A DNA stretch of 64,000 nucleotides from Patescibacteria group bacterium (lineage in GTDB: Bacteria > Patescibacteriota > Patescibacteriia > UBA9934): the NCBI GenBank assembly GCA_041660165.1, contig JBAZWW010000001.1:105035-169034 (forward strand), in the 5' to 3' direction. Below the pieces are notes generated by a model. The model did no database searches. It saw only the letters and a list, made by a program, of their open reading frames with translations, and had not been told where the DNA came from. The translations under genes and the position numbers were made by a program. Positions 37,901-47,130 of this stretch are shown here, piece by piece (position 1 is the first letter of the stretch; each line of letters starts with the position of its first letter).

Positions 37901-37965
37901 AGCCCGGACCGTTTACGTGCAAGTACTGTGATTTTAAAGATATTTGTCCGAAAGCTGAGCTGTAA
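34951..37965 (+). CDS. uvrD: UvrD/PcrA-type superfamily-1 DNA helicase with a C-terminal PD-(D/E)xK-like extension
   Basis: AGAGTGKTTV Walker A, VDEFQDTN motif II, and a downstream TIHAAKGLEFKYVFVV block. The start is at the MPANPLLEDLNPEQ ATG. Confidence 0.85.
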   Translation: MPANPLLEDLNPEQLMAVTHGEGPLMIIAGAGTGKTTVVTKRIAWLIEQKLAEPNEILALTFTDKAANEMEERVDRLLPMGYLDLSISTFHSFCEKVLREHGIHIGIPSDFKLYTEVDCWLLMRRNIDRFELDYFKPRGSPTKFLRQLLQHFSRAKDEGITPEKYLLAVEELESVILSDVVISSGARDLIGQSNPSSRRDDNAVSDEDRLELQKWQELSSAYAMYETLLSEKHAIDFGGLLLLTLELFKTRPNVLEEYKKRFKYIIVDEFQDTNSIQNELVKILVHEPRNITVVGDDDQAIYKFRGAALANILEFRTDFPDASRVVLTRNYRSGATILDAAHKLIQTNNPHRLEASEGLSKKLQSQTESEGLVRHLHCATAVEEVEQVIKEIITKHESGEAEWSDFAILARSNDAVDPFLEALERAGVPYHFVALSGLYTKPIILDAMAYMRAVCEPYHSPAMYRILSHPRLGLTEGDLSELMRYVRRKSGGAIIDGMRSLTQAIGMSLDGRNRAMQITTIIEQLREKAKRLPVTELFVSVLKDTGLLGDLKVLAERDQQENFRHLEGFLARLKRYVIASPDNKLLPGFLEEFDAEREAGEAGGLRPDAEEGPDVVNVMTIHAAKGLEFKYVFVVNMIEQRFPSVSRSDQLPLPPALVRKVDAALDDHVAEERRLFYVAMTRAKEGLYLCSAEDYGGTRKRKPSRFLAELGYQAPVVEKKKTITTDDLLDERAGGRDEDRAIPSLALPTKFSFSQIAAFGNCPLQYKYAHILKIPTFGRHQFSFGQSMHLTLEKFVKRLLEAEGNTQVSLFGAPPTAPVLPSERELLEMYSASFIDEWYPDSATREKYREEGVKALKEFHRKVAENTPKPLLLEAGFTLKIGDILMKGRIDRIDSVDGGVEIIDYKTGRAKEKLEWDDRRQLLLYALAGEQCFNPPLIVKALTYYYVETNQTMSFAPTEKDKEKLLDEIQETVGGIRTSSFEAKPGPFTCKYCDFKDICPKAEL
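35472..35555. repeat. Dispersed repeat copy K, inserted in-frame inside uvrD
   Basis: GTCATCCTGAGCGATGTTGTCATCTCGAGCGGAGCGAGAGATCTGATTGGCCAATCAAATCCCTCCTCACGTCGGGATGAC encodes ...SVILSDVVISSGARDLIGQSNPSSRRDD... with no stop codon. Confidence 0.6.
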
Positions 37966-37976
37966 GGGCGCGTGTT

Positions 37977-38088
37977 TTTCCATCCCGAGCAGAGCGAGGG
38001 ATAGAATTGGCTAGTGAAATTTGTCACGATCCTCGTCCAACGGCATCCATGCTACCCCTCCTGTCGTCGGGGTGGGAATCATCCCAAT
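37977..38088. repeat. Dispersed repeat, copy L
   Basis: TTCCATCCCGAGCAGAGCGAGGGATAGAATTGG...CCCCTCCTGTCGTCGGGGTGGGAATC, directly after the uvrD stop. Confidence 0.6.
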
Positions 38089-38133
38089 TACTCGAATATG
38101 CAAAAACGCAGTCCGCTCACGTCCGTCAGTAGC

Positions 38134-38430
38134 ATGATGGAATCCGTCATGGCCAGGCATGGCATTGGCAAACAGGTGCTGTCCGCGCAGGTTGTTCGAC
38201 GGGCAAACACTATGCTCGGCGAGCTCATAACGCCCGAGATGCTTGGCGACATTCGTGTCTTGAGCCTGAAGGACGGCGTCCTGACACTCGCCTGCAGAAA
38301 TAACGTAGCCATGTATGACGCGGAGAATATTGGCAAGAAGATCGCCAGGGCGCTTGAGGAGGAATTTCCGTCTCTCTCATTGACCGCCATGGCCAGGCTT
38401 CGGCCAGAGGCCTTCAACGAGGTATACTAG
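38134..38430 (+). CDS. DUF721/DciA-like small protein
   Basis: ...IRVLSLKDGVLTLACRNNVAMYDAEN... fits DUF721. The start is placed after the repeat. Confidence 0.45.
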   Translation: MMESVMARHGIGKQVLSAQVVRRANTMLGELITPEMLGDIRVLSLKDGVLTLACRNNVAMYDAENIGKKIARALEEEFPSLSLTAMARLRPEAFNEVY

Positions 38431-38437
38431 CCCGGCT

Positions 38438-38851
38438 ATGAACCTTCGCCAGTACCTCCTCATTCTTGCGCTTGGCACCGCGGTGGCCCTGGGCGCCTGG
38501 GCCATTGTGCTTATGGCCATTGATCCCGCTACCGCTGGCGGGCTGTCGCTTCTCATCTTCTATGTCACGCTCGGCAGTGGTCTGGTGGGCCTCTTTACGA
38601 TTGTCGGGACCGTACTACGAGCCCGAAAATTCAAGGACAGTGGTATCGGCATTGCCGTCACTCGATCTCTCAGACAGGGCACTTTGCTGTCAATCCTCTT
38701 GATTGCTTCCTTAATTCTTCTCTCGACTGGTCGATTCTCAACGCCTCTACTCTTCCTCATGGTTGGCATCTCTGCCTTGATCGAGTTTTTCTTCTTGTTT
38801 TTCCAGGAACGGCACGCCGGTATTGAAACGGAAACCGAGCCAACGGCATAA
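38438..38851 (+). CDS. Membrane protein (4 TM), hypothetical
   Basis: Hydrophobic segments only; no family recognised. Confidence 0.45.
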   Translation: MNLRQYLLILALGTAVALGAWAIVLMAIDPATAGGLSLLIFYVTLGSGLVGLFTIVGTVLRARKFKDSGIGIAVTRSLRQGTLLSILLIASLILLSTGRFSTPLLFLMVGISALIEFFFLFFQERHAGIETETEPTA

Positions 38852-38919
38852 TCGCTTTTTGCTCCACACCCCGCCTTGTCCCCAAAACCTCCCCGTGGTG
38901 AAATGCGCGTGGACACCCT

Positions 38920-39963
38920 ATGTTCAACAGCGTTTTTGGGCGTTTTTCAAAAGATATTGCCGTAGACCTTGGGACCTCAAATACGAGGGTTTTTGTGCGC
39001 GAGCGCGGAATTGTCATGCATGAGCCGTCGATCGTGGCGGTCAATACTCGAACAAATCATATTCTGGCCGTGGGAACCGCGGCTAAGGACATGCTCGGCA
39101 AAACCCCGCCACACATCGTAACCACCCGTCCGCTTACTAAGGGTGTTATTTCGGACTTCGAGGTGACTGAAAAAATGTTGAAATATTTCGTCGACAAAGT
39201 TCATGAGGAAACGTTCACGCTCGTCCCTCGGCCTCGGATGATCATGTCGGTTCCACTCGAAACGACTGAGGTAGAACGTAAGGCCGTTGAAGACGCCGCT
39301 CTCTCGGCTGGCGCTCGCGAAGCATTTTTGGTCGAGGCTCCACTGTGTGCAGCGATTGGCGCTGGCCTACCCGTTGAGGAATCCATCGGCAGTATGATCG
39401 TGGACATCGGTGGGGGAACGACTGAGATTGCGGTCATCGCTCTCGGTGGTATCGTCACCTGGAAATCGCTGACCGTGGCTGGAGACGAAATGACGAAGAG
39501 CATTGTGCAATACGCGCGGGACGTCTTCAACTTGCTCGTTGGCGAAAGAGTTGCCGAGGAGGTGAAATGGCGTATTGGCAGTACCATGGACATGGGCACG
39601 CCGGTTGAAATGGAAATGCGCGGACGGTATTTGATCACGGGTTTGCCTCGCCAGGTCATGGTGAACGACACGCAGATCAGAGAGGCCATCTATCGCAACG
39701 TCCAGCATATTGTCGAGAATATCAAGGCGACGATCGAGGTAACACCGCCGGAAATTGTGGCCGATATTTACGAACGCGGTATTGTCCTGACAGGCGGTGG
39801 CGCGCTTTTGCGAGGGATTGACCGAACAATTGCTCGCGAGACCGATATCCCCGTACGCATCGCCGACGATCCGCTGACGTGTACAGTCCGAGGTGCCGGC
39901 GCACTGCTCGACCATGAGGCGTTACTCAAGGACATCTCGCTCCCAACTACGGCGCACAACTGA
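38920..39963 (+). CDS. mreB: Rod-shape-determining actin homologue
   Basis: DLGTSNTRV phosphate-1 and DIGGGTTEIAVI phosphate-2 motifs. Confidence 0.95.
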   Translation: MFNSVFGRFSKDIAVDLGTSNTRVFVRERGIVMHEPSIVAVNTRTNHILAVGTAAKDMLGKTPPHIVTTRPLTKGVISDFEVTEKMLKYFVDKVHEETFTLVPRPRMIMSVPLETTEVERKAVEDAALSAGAREAFLVEAPLCAAIGAGLPVEESIGSMIVDIGGGTTEIAVIALGGIVTWKSLTVAGDEMTKSIVQYARDVFNLLVGERVAEEVKWRIGSTMDMGTPVEMEMRGRYLITGLPRQVMVNDTQIREAIYRNVQHIVENIKATIEVTPPEIVADIYERGIVLTGGGALLRGIDRTIARETDIPVRIADDPLTCTVRGAGALLDHEALLKDISLPTTAHN

Positions 39964-39969
39964 TGAAAT

Positions 39970-40776
39970 ATGGTCCAAGAAACGGGCTCATGGCGTAAAG
40001 CAGTGAAGCCTTTAGGGGTCTTTTTTGCAGTCCTTGGCATCCTTTTCCTCTCGCCTAAAATTCCGTATGTTGGCGGAGTTGTGCGCTCAATTGAAGCCGG
40101 TTTTTCAGCCTTTGGTTCCGCCTTTGGCAGAGGTGCATCACGATTTCTCGCCTCGGAAAACTCGCTGTCAACTCAGCTGACCATTTGTCGAGATGATAAA
40201 ACTGCGCTCGCCAGGGACGTGGTTGAGTTCGAGCGCCTGAAAGATGAGAACGCGGAACTGCGGGAGTCGCTTCATTACAAAGAAACCACCGGGCGTTCCG
40301 GCCTGACCGCGCGCATTATTGCCCGGTCAATCCCCGAGGATACAATGCGGGTGATTATTGACAAAGGATCGGCTGACGGTGTGGCCCGCGGTTCCTCGGC
40401 GGTGGTTGGCCAAGGTATTGTGTTCGGAACGGTCACTGAGGTGAAGGAGACGACGTCGATCATAACGCTTCTCACGAGCACGGCTAGCAAGATGCCCTCT
40501 GCCATTCTTGGCAAAAAGAAAACCATTGGGTTAGCCGAGGGACGGGATGGTGCGGTCATGTCCCTTAAGTTCATTCCGCGCGACGTTGATATTGCCCGCG
40601 CTGACGTGGTCGTGACCAGCGGTCTTGGCGGGCTGGTACCCGAGGGGCTCCTCCTTGGCACGGTGACTGATGTGGTGGACATGGAGAGCGCGCCGTTCAA
40701 AGAGGCGTTTGTTGCTCCGCTTGAGGATCCGCTTGACTGGTCAACGGTTCTGCTGATACCTCCATCCGCAAATTAA
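39970..40776 (+). CDS. mreC: Rod-shape-determining protein MreC
   Basis: TM segment, coiled coil and beta-domain, downstream of mreB. Confidence 0.8.
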   Translation: MVQETGSWRKAVKPLGVFFAVLGILFLSPKIPYVGGVVRSIEAGFSAFGSAFGRGASRFLASENSLSTQLTICRDDKTALARDVVEFERLKDENAELRESLHYKETTGRSGLTARIIARSIPEDTMRVIIDKGSADGVARGSSAVVGQGIVFGTVTEVKETTSIITLLTSTASKMPSAILGKKKTIGLAEGRDGAVMSLKFIPRDVDIARADVVVTSGLGGLVPEGLLLGTVTDVVDMESAPFKEAFVAPLEDPLDWSTVLLIPPSAN

Positions 40777-40779
40777 CCT

Positions 40780-41298
40780 ATGTCTTCCGCAATTCTTTCG
40801 GCTCTAGGCCTTTTAACGGCCCTGCTCCTTGAACAGGCATGCATGTCTGCTTTGCCGTATCCCTGGAGAAGCATTCCGCTCCTTCTTGTCATTGCTCTTG
40901 TTATTATGCATCGCGCCTCCCTTGAGCTTGGCGTATCAGCGTTCATGGTTGGAACCATTTTCATGGTTGTTTCCGGAATGGCTGGCGCAGAAACGCTTCT
41001 TACCGCATCTCTCACCATGGGCGGGGCGGTCTTCTTTTCCACCAGAATTTTTGCTCGGCGGTCACTGGCCGCGTTTTTTGGCTTCGCCCTCGGGACATCA
41101 TTTCTGTATGAAGCTCTCCACTCGGCGAGTCTTGCAATCCGCATGGCGGATGTTTCTCTCTTGGCCGAAATATTTTTAATCGGAGTGGCATCGGCATTAG
41201 CCCTGTTGCTTTCACTGGTGGTAGAAACCATGGTGAGAAACTTTGGCCTCAGATTTGTTCGAAAAGAAACCACGTATGAAGTCCGGCAGACATCTTGA
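40780..41298 (+). CDS. mreD: Rod-shape-determining protein MreD (putative)
   Basis: Polytopic membrane protein in the mreBCD position. Confidence 0.55.
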   Translation: MSSAILSALGLLTALLLEQACMSALPYPWRSIPLLLVIALVIMHRASLELGVSAFMVGTIFMVVSGMAGAETLLTASLTMGGAVFFSTRIFARRSLAAFFGFALGTSFLYEALHSASLAIRMADVSLLAEIFLIGVASALALLLSLVVETMVRNFGLRFVRKETTYEVRQTS

Positions 41299-41371
41299 AA
41301 ATGGTCTCTTCGGCCTGCCCGAATCCCTGCCGGAGTGGGGTCTTTCGGGCGACGAAAATATTGAGGGCGTC

Positions 41372-43165
41372 ATGGGGAACCCGAACGCAACCAGGGCCCG
41401 GGTGTCCACTAAGGCGCCTATTCACTTTGCCCGCATGCGTGTGGGGGTTTTGCTGATGGTGCTGGCGGGCGTGCTTCTTCTTGGAAAAACGGCCTATCTC
41501 CAGCTCATCCGCGGAGGGTTCTATAGAGCACTTGCTGAGCAGAATCGCATCCGTATTCACGCCACTCCTTCGCATCGAGGAATTTTGAAAGACAGAAACG
41601 GCATCGCACTGGCCGAAAATTTGCCAACATTTCGTCTGGTGGCGTACTCATCCCAGTTGCCGGTGAAGGTTGAGGAACGCAGAGCGATGCTCAATTATCT
41701 GGCAATGAAACTGAATCTTTCGGTTGATGATCTCACAGCAAAAACGAGCGAGCAGAAACCGCCAGAAGAATTACTCCTGGCGGAGGACATTGATTATGAG
41801 AAGGCGATTGCGTACATGGGAGGCGACGTGCAGTATCCGGGTATTTCTGTCGAGTTGTCAGAAATGCGTGGGTATCCGACTGATGCTATTCCCACGCTCT
41901 CGCACGTGATCGGCTATACCGGACCAGTCAGCGAAAAAGAATACGCTTCGCTCAAGGATGACGGCTATAGAAAATTCGACGTAGTTGGCAAGCAGGGGAT
42001 TGAGGCTTCGCGCGAGGTTGATCTGCGCGGGTCATTCGGCCAAGAAGTGCTTGAAGTAAACGCCAAGGGCGAGCCGTTGCGCACCATTTCAGAAAAAGAT
42101 CCGGTTGACGGCAAAGATTTGACGCTAACGATTGACGCCAGACTTCAAGCGTACATAGAGATGGTGCTTGAAAACAAACTCAAGAATGTGCCGGTGAAGA
42201 AGGCGGCGGTTGTGGCCATGAATCCGCAGAACGGCGAAGTCCTGGCTCTTGTTTCGTATCCCGCCTTTGACGCCAACCTGTTCGCGAAGGGTATTTCGAC
42301 GGAAAAGTATCAGGCGCTCGTTGATGACCCCGACGCTCCGCTCTTTCCAAGGGCAATGTCTGGTCAGTATCCGTCAGGTTCGATCATTAAGCCCATCTTC
42401 GCCTCGGCCGCGCTGATTGAGGGGATTGTCACTCCGCAAAAGACGTTTCTTTCAACTGGCGGACTAAAACTCGGTGATCACTTTTTCCCTGACTGGCGCC
42501 CCGGCGGTCATGGGATTACGAATATCTATCACGCCATTGCCGACTCGGTTAACACTTATTTTTACATGATCGGCGGAGGGAATGAGTCATTCAAGGGCCT
42601 CGGTGTCGAAAAGTTGATGAGCTACGCGCGTTTGTTTGGTCTGGCCACAAAAACTGGCATTGGTTTGCCCGGCGAGGCTGACGGTTTTTTGCCAAGCAAA
42701 GAGTGGAAGAAAGAAACCAAGGGCGAGGACTGGTTTCTGGGCGATACGTATAACGTATCTATCGGCCAAGGCGATGTGCTCGTCACTCCGCTCCAGATGG
42801 CCAGAGCAACCGCCGTAATCGCGAACGGCGGATCGCTTGTCAACCCGTATCTCGTCATCGGCGAGGACGAGGGCTCGACGAGGATCATTGATCAAGAAAC
42901 GGCAGGCATCGTCCGCGACGCCATGCGCACCACGGTCACGAACGGTACCGCTAGCTCATTGCAATCGCTTCCTGTCCCTTCCGCCGGCAAAACCGGTACT
43001 GCCCAGTGGAACGTTAACAAGGTTCCTCATTCTTGGTTCACTGGCTTTGCGCCATTTGATAACCCTAAGATTGTCCTCGCAGTGATAGTCGAAGAAGGCG
43101 GAGACATTACGGCCGCCACGCCGGTAGCTAAAGACATTTTAGATTGGTACTTGAGACAGCCTTAG
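41372..43165 (+). CDS. mrdA: Penicillin-binding protein 2 (transpeptidase)
   Basis: SGSIIKP (SxxK), SxN, and KTGTAQ (KTG) motifs. The start is chosen at the ATG with a GAGGG Shine-Dalgarno. The ORF track starts at a TTG (41243), and an ATG at 41276 is an alternative. Confidence 0.8.
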   Translation: MGNPNATRARVSTKAPIHFARMRVGVLLMVLAGVLLLGKTAYLQLIRGGFYRALAEQNRIRIHATPSHRGILKDRNGIALAENLPTFRLVAYSSQLPVKVEERRAMLNYLAMKLNLSVDDLTAKTSEQKPPEELLLAEDIDYEKAIAYMGGDVQYPGISVELSEMRGYPTDAIPTLSHVIGYTGPVSEKEYASLKDDGYRKFDVVGKQGIEASREVDLRGSFGQEVLEVNAKGEPLRTISEKDPVDGKDLTLTIDARLQAYIEMVLENKLKNVPVKKAAVVAMNPQNGEVLALVSYPAFDANLFAKGISTEKYQALVDDPDAPLFPRAMSGQYPSGSIIKPIFASAALIEGIVTPQKTFLSTGGLKLGDHFFPDWRPGGHGITNIYHAIADSVNTYFYMIGGGNESFKGLGVEKLMSYARLFGLATKTGIGLPGEADGFLPSKEWKKETKGEDWFLGDTYNVSIGQGDVLVTPLQMARATAVIANGGSLVNPYLVIGEDEGSTRIIDQETAGIVRDAMRTTVTNGTASSLQSLPVPSAGKTGTAQWNVNKVPHSWFTGFAPFDNPKIVLAVIVEEGGDITAATPVAKDILDWYLRQP

Positions 43166-43182
43166 GTGGTAGAATCATAAGT

Positions 43183-43803
43183 ATGGAATCAAATTGGCGC
43201 ACATCAATTGAAAAAGAAACAGCCATCATGGTTTATTTAGACGTTGCGAATATAATCGGCTGGCAGAAACGGCTTGGCTGGAAGATTCGCATTGTTCGAC
43301 TCATAGAACAGTTACGAGCAATGAATAACGTACGTGAGGTGAAGGCATATTACGGAACGAACGAACGGGCCAAGGCCCAATCAGATGCATTTAATCGTGA
43401 CGTCATGAAGTCCGGAGCTATTTTGAGAACGAAACCGGTAAAATTTATCCGTAAAACGATTGATCTGGGAATGTTTTTCAAAAAGATGACGCTGAATCAG
43501 CTTGATCTTGGAACGACCACCCTCGTGAATAGCGTGGTCGAGGCCGTCCAATCCTCTGGGACGGTGATTGAGGAGCCAAAATGTAACTTCGATGTCGAAA
43601 TAACCATGGATCTCATGGATGACGTTGAACGTGCGTCTGGGTTCATGCTCTTTTCCGGAGATTCTGATTTTTATGCACCGTTAGAGCGTCTCAAGCTAAA
43701 AGGAAAACATGTGTATGTCGTTGGCGCGCGAGGTGCTGTAGCCGGCGAGCTGTTTCGTGTAGCTGACGCGTACATCGACATCGGAAAACTATATCAGCGG
43801 TAG
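43183..43803 (+). CDS. NYN-domain (LabA/DUF88-like, PIN-fold) protein
   Basis: MVYLDVANIIGW...FMLFSGDSDFYAPLERLKLKGKHVYVVG. Confidence 0.7.
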   Translation: MESNWRTSIEKETAIMVYLDVANIIGWQKRLGWKIRIVRLIEQLRAMNNVREVKAYYGTNERAKAQSDAFNRDVMKSGAILRTKPVKFIRKTIDLGMFFKKMTLNQLDLGTTTLVNSVVEAVQSSGTVIEEPKCNFDVEITMDLMDDVERASGFMLFSGDSDFYAPLERLKLKGKHVYVVGARGAVAGELFRVADAYIDIGKLYQR

Positions 43804-44005
43804 CATTTTAAAAAGCGAAATCCCGCTTTTGGCGGGACCGCGTGAATCGCAGTGATTGCTCACTACGCAGATAATATAGCAAGAAAATTACGGATCGGTC
43901 AAGGATTGTGTATAACTAAGCTATTCAGTCTTCGTGCACACCCCGCATTGACCACGCCCCCCCCAATGACATGATTCCGCTATTGAAATAAGCGAAATCT
44001 TTCCT

Positions 44006-45136
44006 ATGGGTATGAAAAGAGAAATGATGGCCGCTGGCATGGCAGCCTCCCTCTCGACTGGGGCTGAGGCGCATGCACAGGATAGGGGACACGATGTCGA
44101 ACCAAAAGCGGAAGTGATGTATACGATTGAGGGGAAGGAATACTCAAGCGAAGAAATGTCTGCGCATGTTCGTCTACTGAGAGATGGGGCATATTTTTCT
44201 TGGGAAAAGGATAAGAAAAATAAGGATAAGAAAATTGATGAATTTGTACACTTTAGTTCAGAAGCGTTAGACGTTGGTGATGACCGCGCAGAGAGACAAG
44301 TCATTAGTTGCGTTGATCGACTCTGGGAAAAGCCCGAGCTACATCAGGTTCTTATCCCTTTGGTTAGCGATGTCACGCTGAAATTATCAGCCGAGGCTCA
44401 CGGTTATCTACATGAAGGGAAGCCGATCGACGTTGACACCGTGATTGCGCTGGAGGAGCTTGATTCCTTTACATATGACCTAAAGACGCATACACAGCCT
44501 GGAGAAGATCTTGGTGAACTACGGAGGGTAGACCAAAAAATAGTTTCAGAGAAGCTGGCTGAGGTCTATTTGGATTATCAGCTTTCGCTTGACCGCCACA
44601 CAAAGGATGGAGACCGCCCATTTCGCTATGGTGAGCTTACAACACCGAATCGTTCTTTAGTGTTGACCAATGGACCAGACTTTGACCGCGCCCTCTATCA
44701 CGCACAGGCGGCGGGTGCAGAGACGTATAAGGATGTTTCGGAAAAAATTCTTGAGAAGTATTTGACTGATTTGGAGTTAGAGAAGGGTGGAAGTAGCATA
44801 TACTGGGACCAAATTAGTCCGTTAGGGTGGGTTGGACCGAAGAAAGCGAGCGAGCCGATGGCGCAGTATTTTACTGTCAGGGAAGGCCTTGACGTACTTG
44901 CCTTGGCCGTTAGTGCCGGCTGGTCTGAAAAACAGCTTATTGATCGCCTGACCCCGATGAAGACGGAAGCGTTGCGTGAGGAAGACTACGGCGCCGTCAT
45001 GACCGTCCAGGGGCTTATGAAACAAGTTGAACGTGGTGATTATGCCGTAGATTTAGACTACCTCGCGTCAAATCGTATAGAACTAGTATCGGGTCCCCAT
45101 AGCTCTCCCTACTATGAGGAGACATTCACTTATTAG
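44006..45136 (+). CDS. Hypothetical secreted protein, 376 aa
   Basis: The signal-like N-terminus MKREMMAAGMAASLSTGAEAHAQ suggests secretion. No family recognised. A terminator hairpin follows the gene. Confidence 0.5.
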   Translation: MGMKREMMAAGMAASLSTGAEAHAQDRGHDVEPKAEVMYTIEGKEYSSEEMSAHVRLLRDGAYFSWEKDKKNKDKKIDEFVHFSSEALDVGDDRAERQVISCVDRLWEKPELHQVLIPLVSDVTLKLSAEAHGYLHEGKPIDVDTVIALEELDSFTYDLKTHTQPGEDLGELRRVDQKIVSEKLAEVYLDYQLSLDRHTKDGDRPFRYGELTTPNRSLVLTNGPDFDRALYHAQAAGAETYKDVSEKILEKYLTDLELEKGGSSIYWDQISPLGWVGPKKASEPMAQYFTVREGLDVLALAVSAGWSEKQLIDRLTPMKTEALREEDYGAVMTVQGLMKQVERGDYAVDLDYLASNRIELVSGPHSSPYYEETFTY

Positions 45137-45149
45137 CCGTGTTGGTTTG

Positions 45150-45226
45150 CCTCTTGACGCATCGGGAACGTAGGGCATAATGGCGTTAACGCGCCCCTCT
45201 TTTGGGGCGGTCTCTTTTTTACAAGT
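45150..45226 (+). promoter_or_regulatory. greA promoter and leader with a terminator-like hairpin
   Basis: TTGACG-N16/17-CATAAT, then GCGCCCCTCTTTTGGGGCGG + TCTCTTTTTT, all before the greA ATG. Confidence 0.3.
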
Positions 45227-45688
45227 ATGGAAAACAGCAATACGTACATTTCTGAGTCCGGGCTCGCCGACATGAAGAAGGAGCTTGAATATCGTATTAA
45301 GGAACTTCGCCCAGAAATTGCACAGAGAATTAGTGATGCCAAAGAGATGGGGGACCTGTCCGAAAATTTTGCGTACCATGAAGCCCGTGATCAGCAAGGA
45401 ATCAATGAAACACGCGTTGTCAATTTACAGGAATATATTTCTACGGCGGTTGTAGTCGAGGAAAAGAAGGGAGGCTCGATCGGCCTCGGTTCTACGTTTA
45501 AGGTAAAAACCGGCGGAAAGGAAATTACCTATGAAATTGTGGGTGAAAATGAGGCTAGTCCCATGGACGCTAAGATCAGCAACGTTTCGCCACTCGGCAG
45601 TGCCTTCCTTGGTAAAGGCGTTGGTGATAAAGTAGAGGCCAAAGTACCGTCTGGAGTAACCACCTACGAAATCATTTCGGTCGAATAA
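45227..45688 (+). CDS. greA: Transcription elongation factor GreA
   Basis: GDLSENFAYHEAR (Asp/Glu acidic tip) and the C-terminal FKBP-like fold. Confidence 0.9.
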   Translation: MENSNTYISESGLADMKKELEYRIKELRPEIAQRISDAKEMGDLSENFAYHEARDQQGINETRVVNLQEYISTAVVVEEKKGGSIGLGSTFKVKTGGKEITYEIVGENEASPMDAKISNVSPLGSAFLGKGVGDKVEAKVPSGVTTYEIISVE

Positions 45689-45693
45689 CCACT

Positions 45694-47130
45694 ATGATGC
45701 GCGAAGAAGGTGACCGTCGTGTAAGACTGCAATCGCTGATTGACGCGAATGCGAATCCCTATCCGGATGATATTTCTCGCACGCATGAGATCGGCCAGGT
45801 TCTTTCGAGCTTTGATAAACTCGTCGAGTCGCAAGAGCGCGTGATCATTGTTGGCCGAGCAATTGCTCTGCGCGACATTGGCGCGCTCACCTTTGCCAAG
45901 CTGATGGATGCGACTGGGACAATGCAAATTGTTTTGCGGAAGGCAGACCTTGAAACCGCCTATGACTTTTTCTTGGCGCACACTGACGTAGGAGACATTC
46001 TTGAAGCAAAAGGGCGAGCCTACGTGACCAAGACGGGCGAGAAATCTGTACTGATTGACGAAGTACGGATCATCTCAAAGGCGCTTAAACCCCTTCCTGA
46101 AAAGTGGCATGGACTCACGGATGTTGAGGCTAGATTCCGCCAGCGTGAACTTGATCTAATCTCGAACCCTGAAGTTCGCGAGCGTTTTATTACCAGATCA
46201 AAAATCGTTTCTTCGCTTCGCCGATATCTCGACGAGCGCGGATTCCTTGAGGTTGAGACGCCCATCCTCCAGCCGATTGCTGGCGGGGCGAGTGCGAAGC
46301 CGTTCATGACGCATCACAACGCGCTCGGTGCTGATCTGTTTTTACGCATCGCTCCAGAGCTGTACCTCAAGCGCTTGATCGTGGGCGGGTTTGAAAAGAT
46401 TTACGAGATTGGACGTTGTTTTAGGAATGAAGGGATCGATCACACACACAATCCTGAATTCACGATGCTCGAACTTTATTGGGCGTATGCAAACAAGGAC
46501 GAGTTTATTTCATTCATGGAAGGACTCGTGACTAGCGCGGCTATGTTTAAGATCCCTGCGCCGTGGCCTCGAAAAACATTCCGCGAGGCGATTCTCGATG
46601 CTTGCGGAATTGATATTGACGAGCTTGCCACCGTTGAGGATTTGATCGGCGAGATCAAAAAAAGGAAGCTTAAGATTGATTTCAAAAAGTGCGTTGGTCT
46701 TGGCGAGCATCTTGACGAGCTTTGGAAGAAAACGGCGAGAGCGGAACTTGAGGGCCCGATCTGGATTTTCGACTACCCCGCCGAGCTAAAGCCGCTTGCC
46801 AAATCACACGGCGCGGATAAGACGAAGAGCTCGACTGCCCAGCTGGTCATTGGCGGGGCTGAGATCATTAACGCCTACTATCACGAGCTGAATGATCCGA
46901 TTGATCAGCGCAATCGGTTCCTCGCGCAGGAGAAGCTACGTGAAGAGGGGAGTGAGGAAGCCCAGCATCTTGACGAAGCCTTCCTCGAATCGCTCGAACA
47001 TGGCATGCCTCCTACGAGCGGTTTTGGCATCGGTATCGACAGGCTCGTAGCTTTTCTGACGGGGGCTGAAAGTCTGAAAGAAGTGATCTTGTTTCCAACC
47101 TTGAAACCAGAAAAACCCAACCAGGTATGA
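45694..47130 (+). CDS. lysS: Lysyl-tRNA synthetase, class II
   Basis: FLEVETPILQ, RIAPELYLKRL, FRNEGID and GIGIDRL motifs. Confidence 0.95.
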   Translation: MMREEGDRRVRLQSLIDANANPYPDDISRTHEIGQVLSSFDKLVESQERVIIVGRAIALRDIGALTFAKLMDATGTMQIVLRKADLETAYDFFLAHTDVGDILEAKGRAYVTKTGEKSVLIDEVRIISKALKPLPEKWHGLTDVEARFRQRELDLISNPEVRERFITRSKIVSSLRRYLDERGFLEVETPILQPIAGGASAKPFMTHHNALGADLFLRIAPELYLKRLIVGGFEKIYEIGRCFRNEGIDHTHNPEFTMLELYWAYANKDEFISFMEGLVTSAAMFKIPAPWPRKTFREAILDACGIDIDELATVEDLIGEIKKRKLKIDFKKCVGLGEHLDELWKKTARAELEGPIWIFDYPAELKPLAKSHGADKTKSSTAQLVIGGAEIINAYYHELNDPIDQRNRFLAQEKLREEGSEEAQHLDEAFLESLEHGMPPTSGFGIGIDRLVAFLTGAESLKEVILFPTLKPEKPNQV

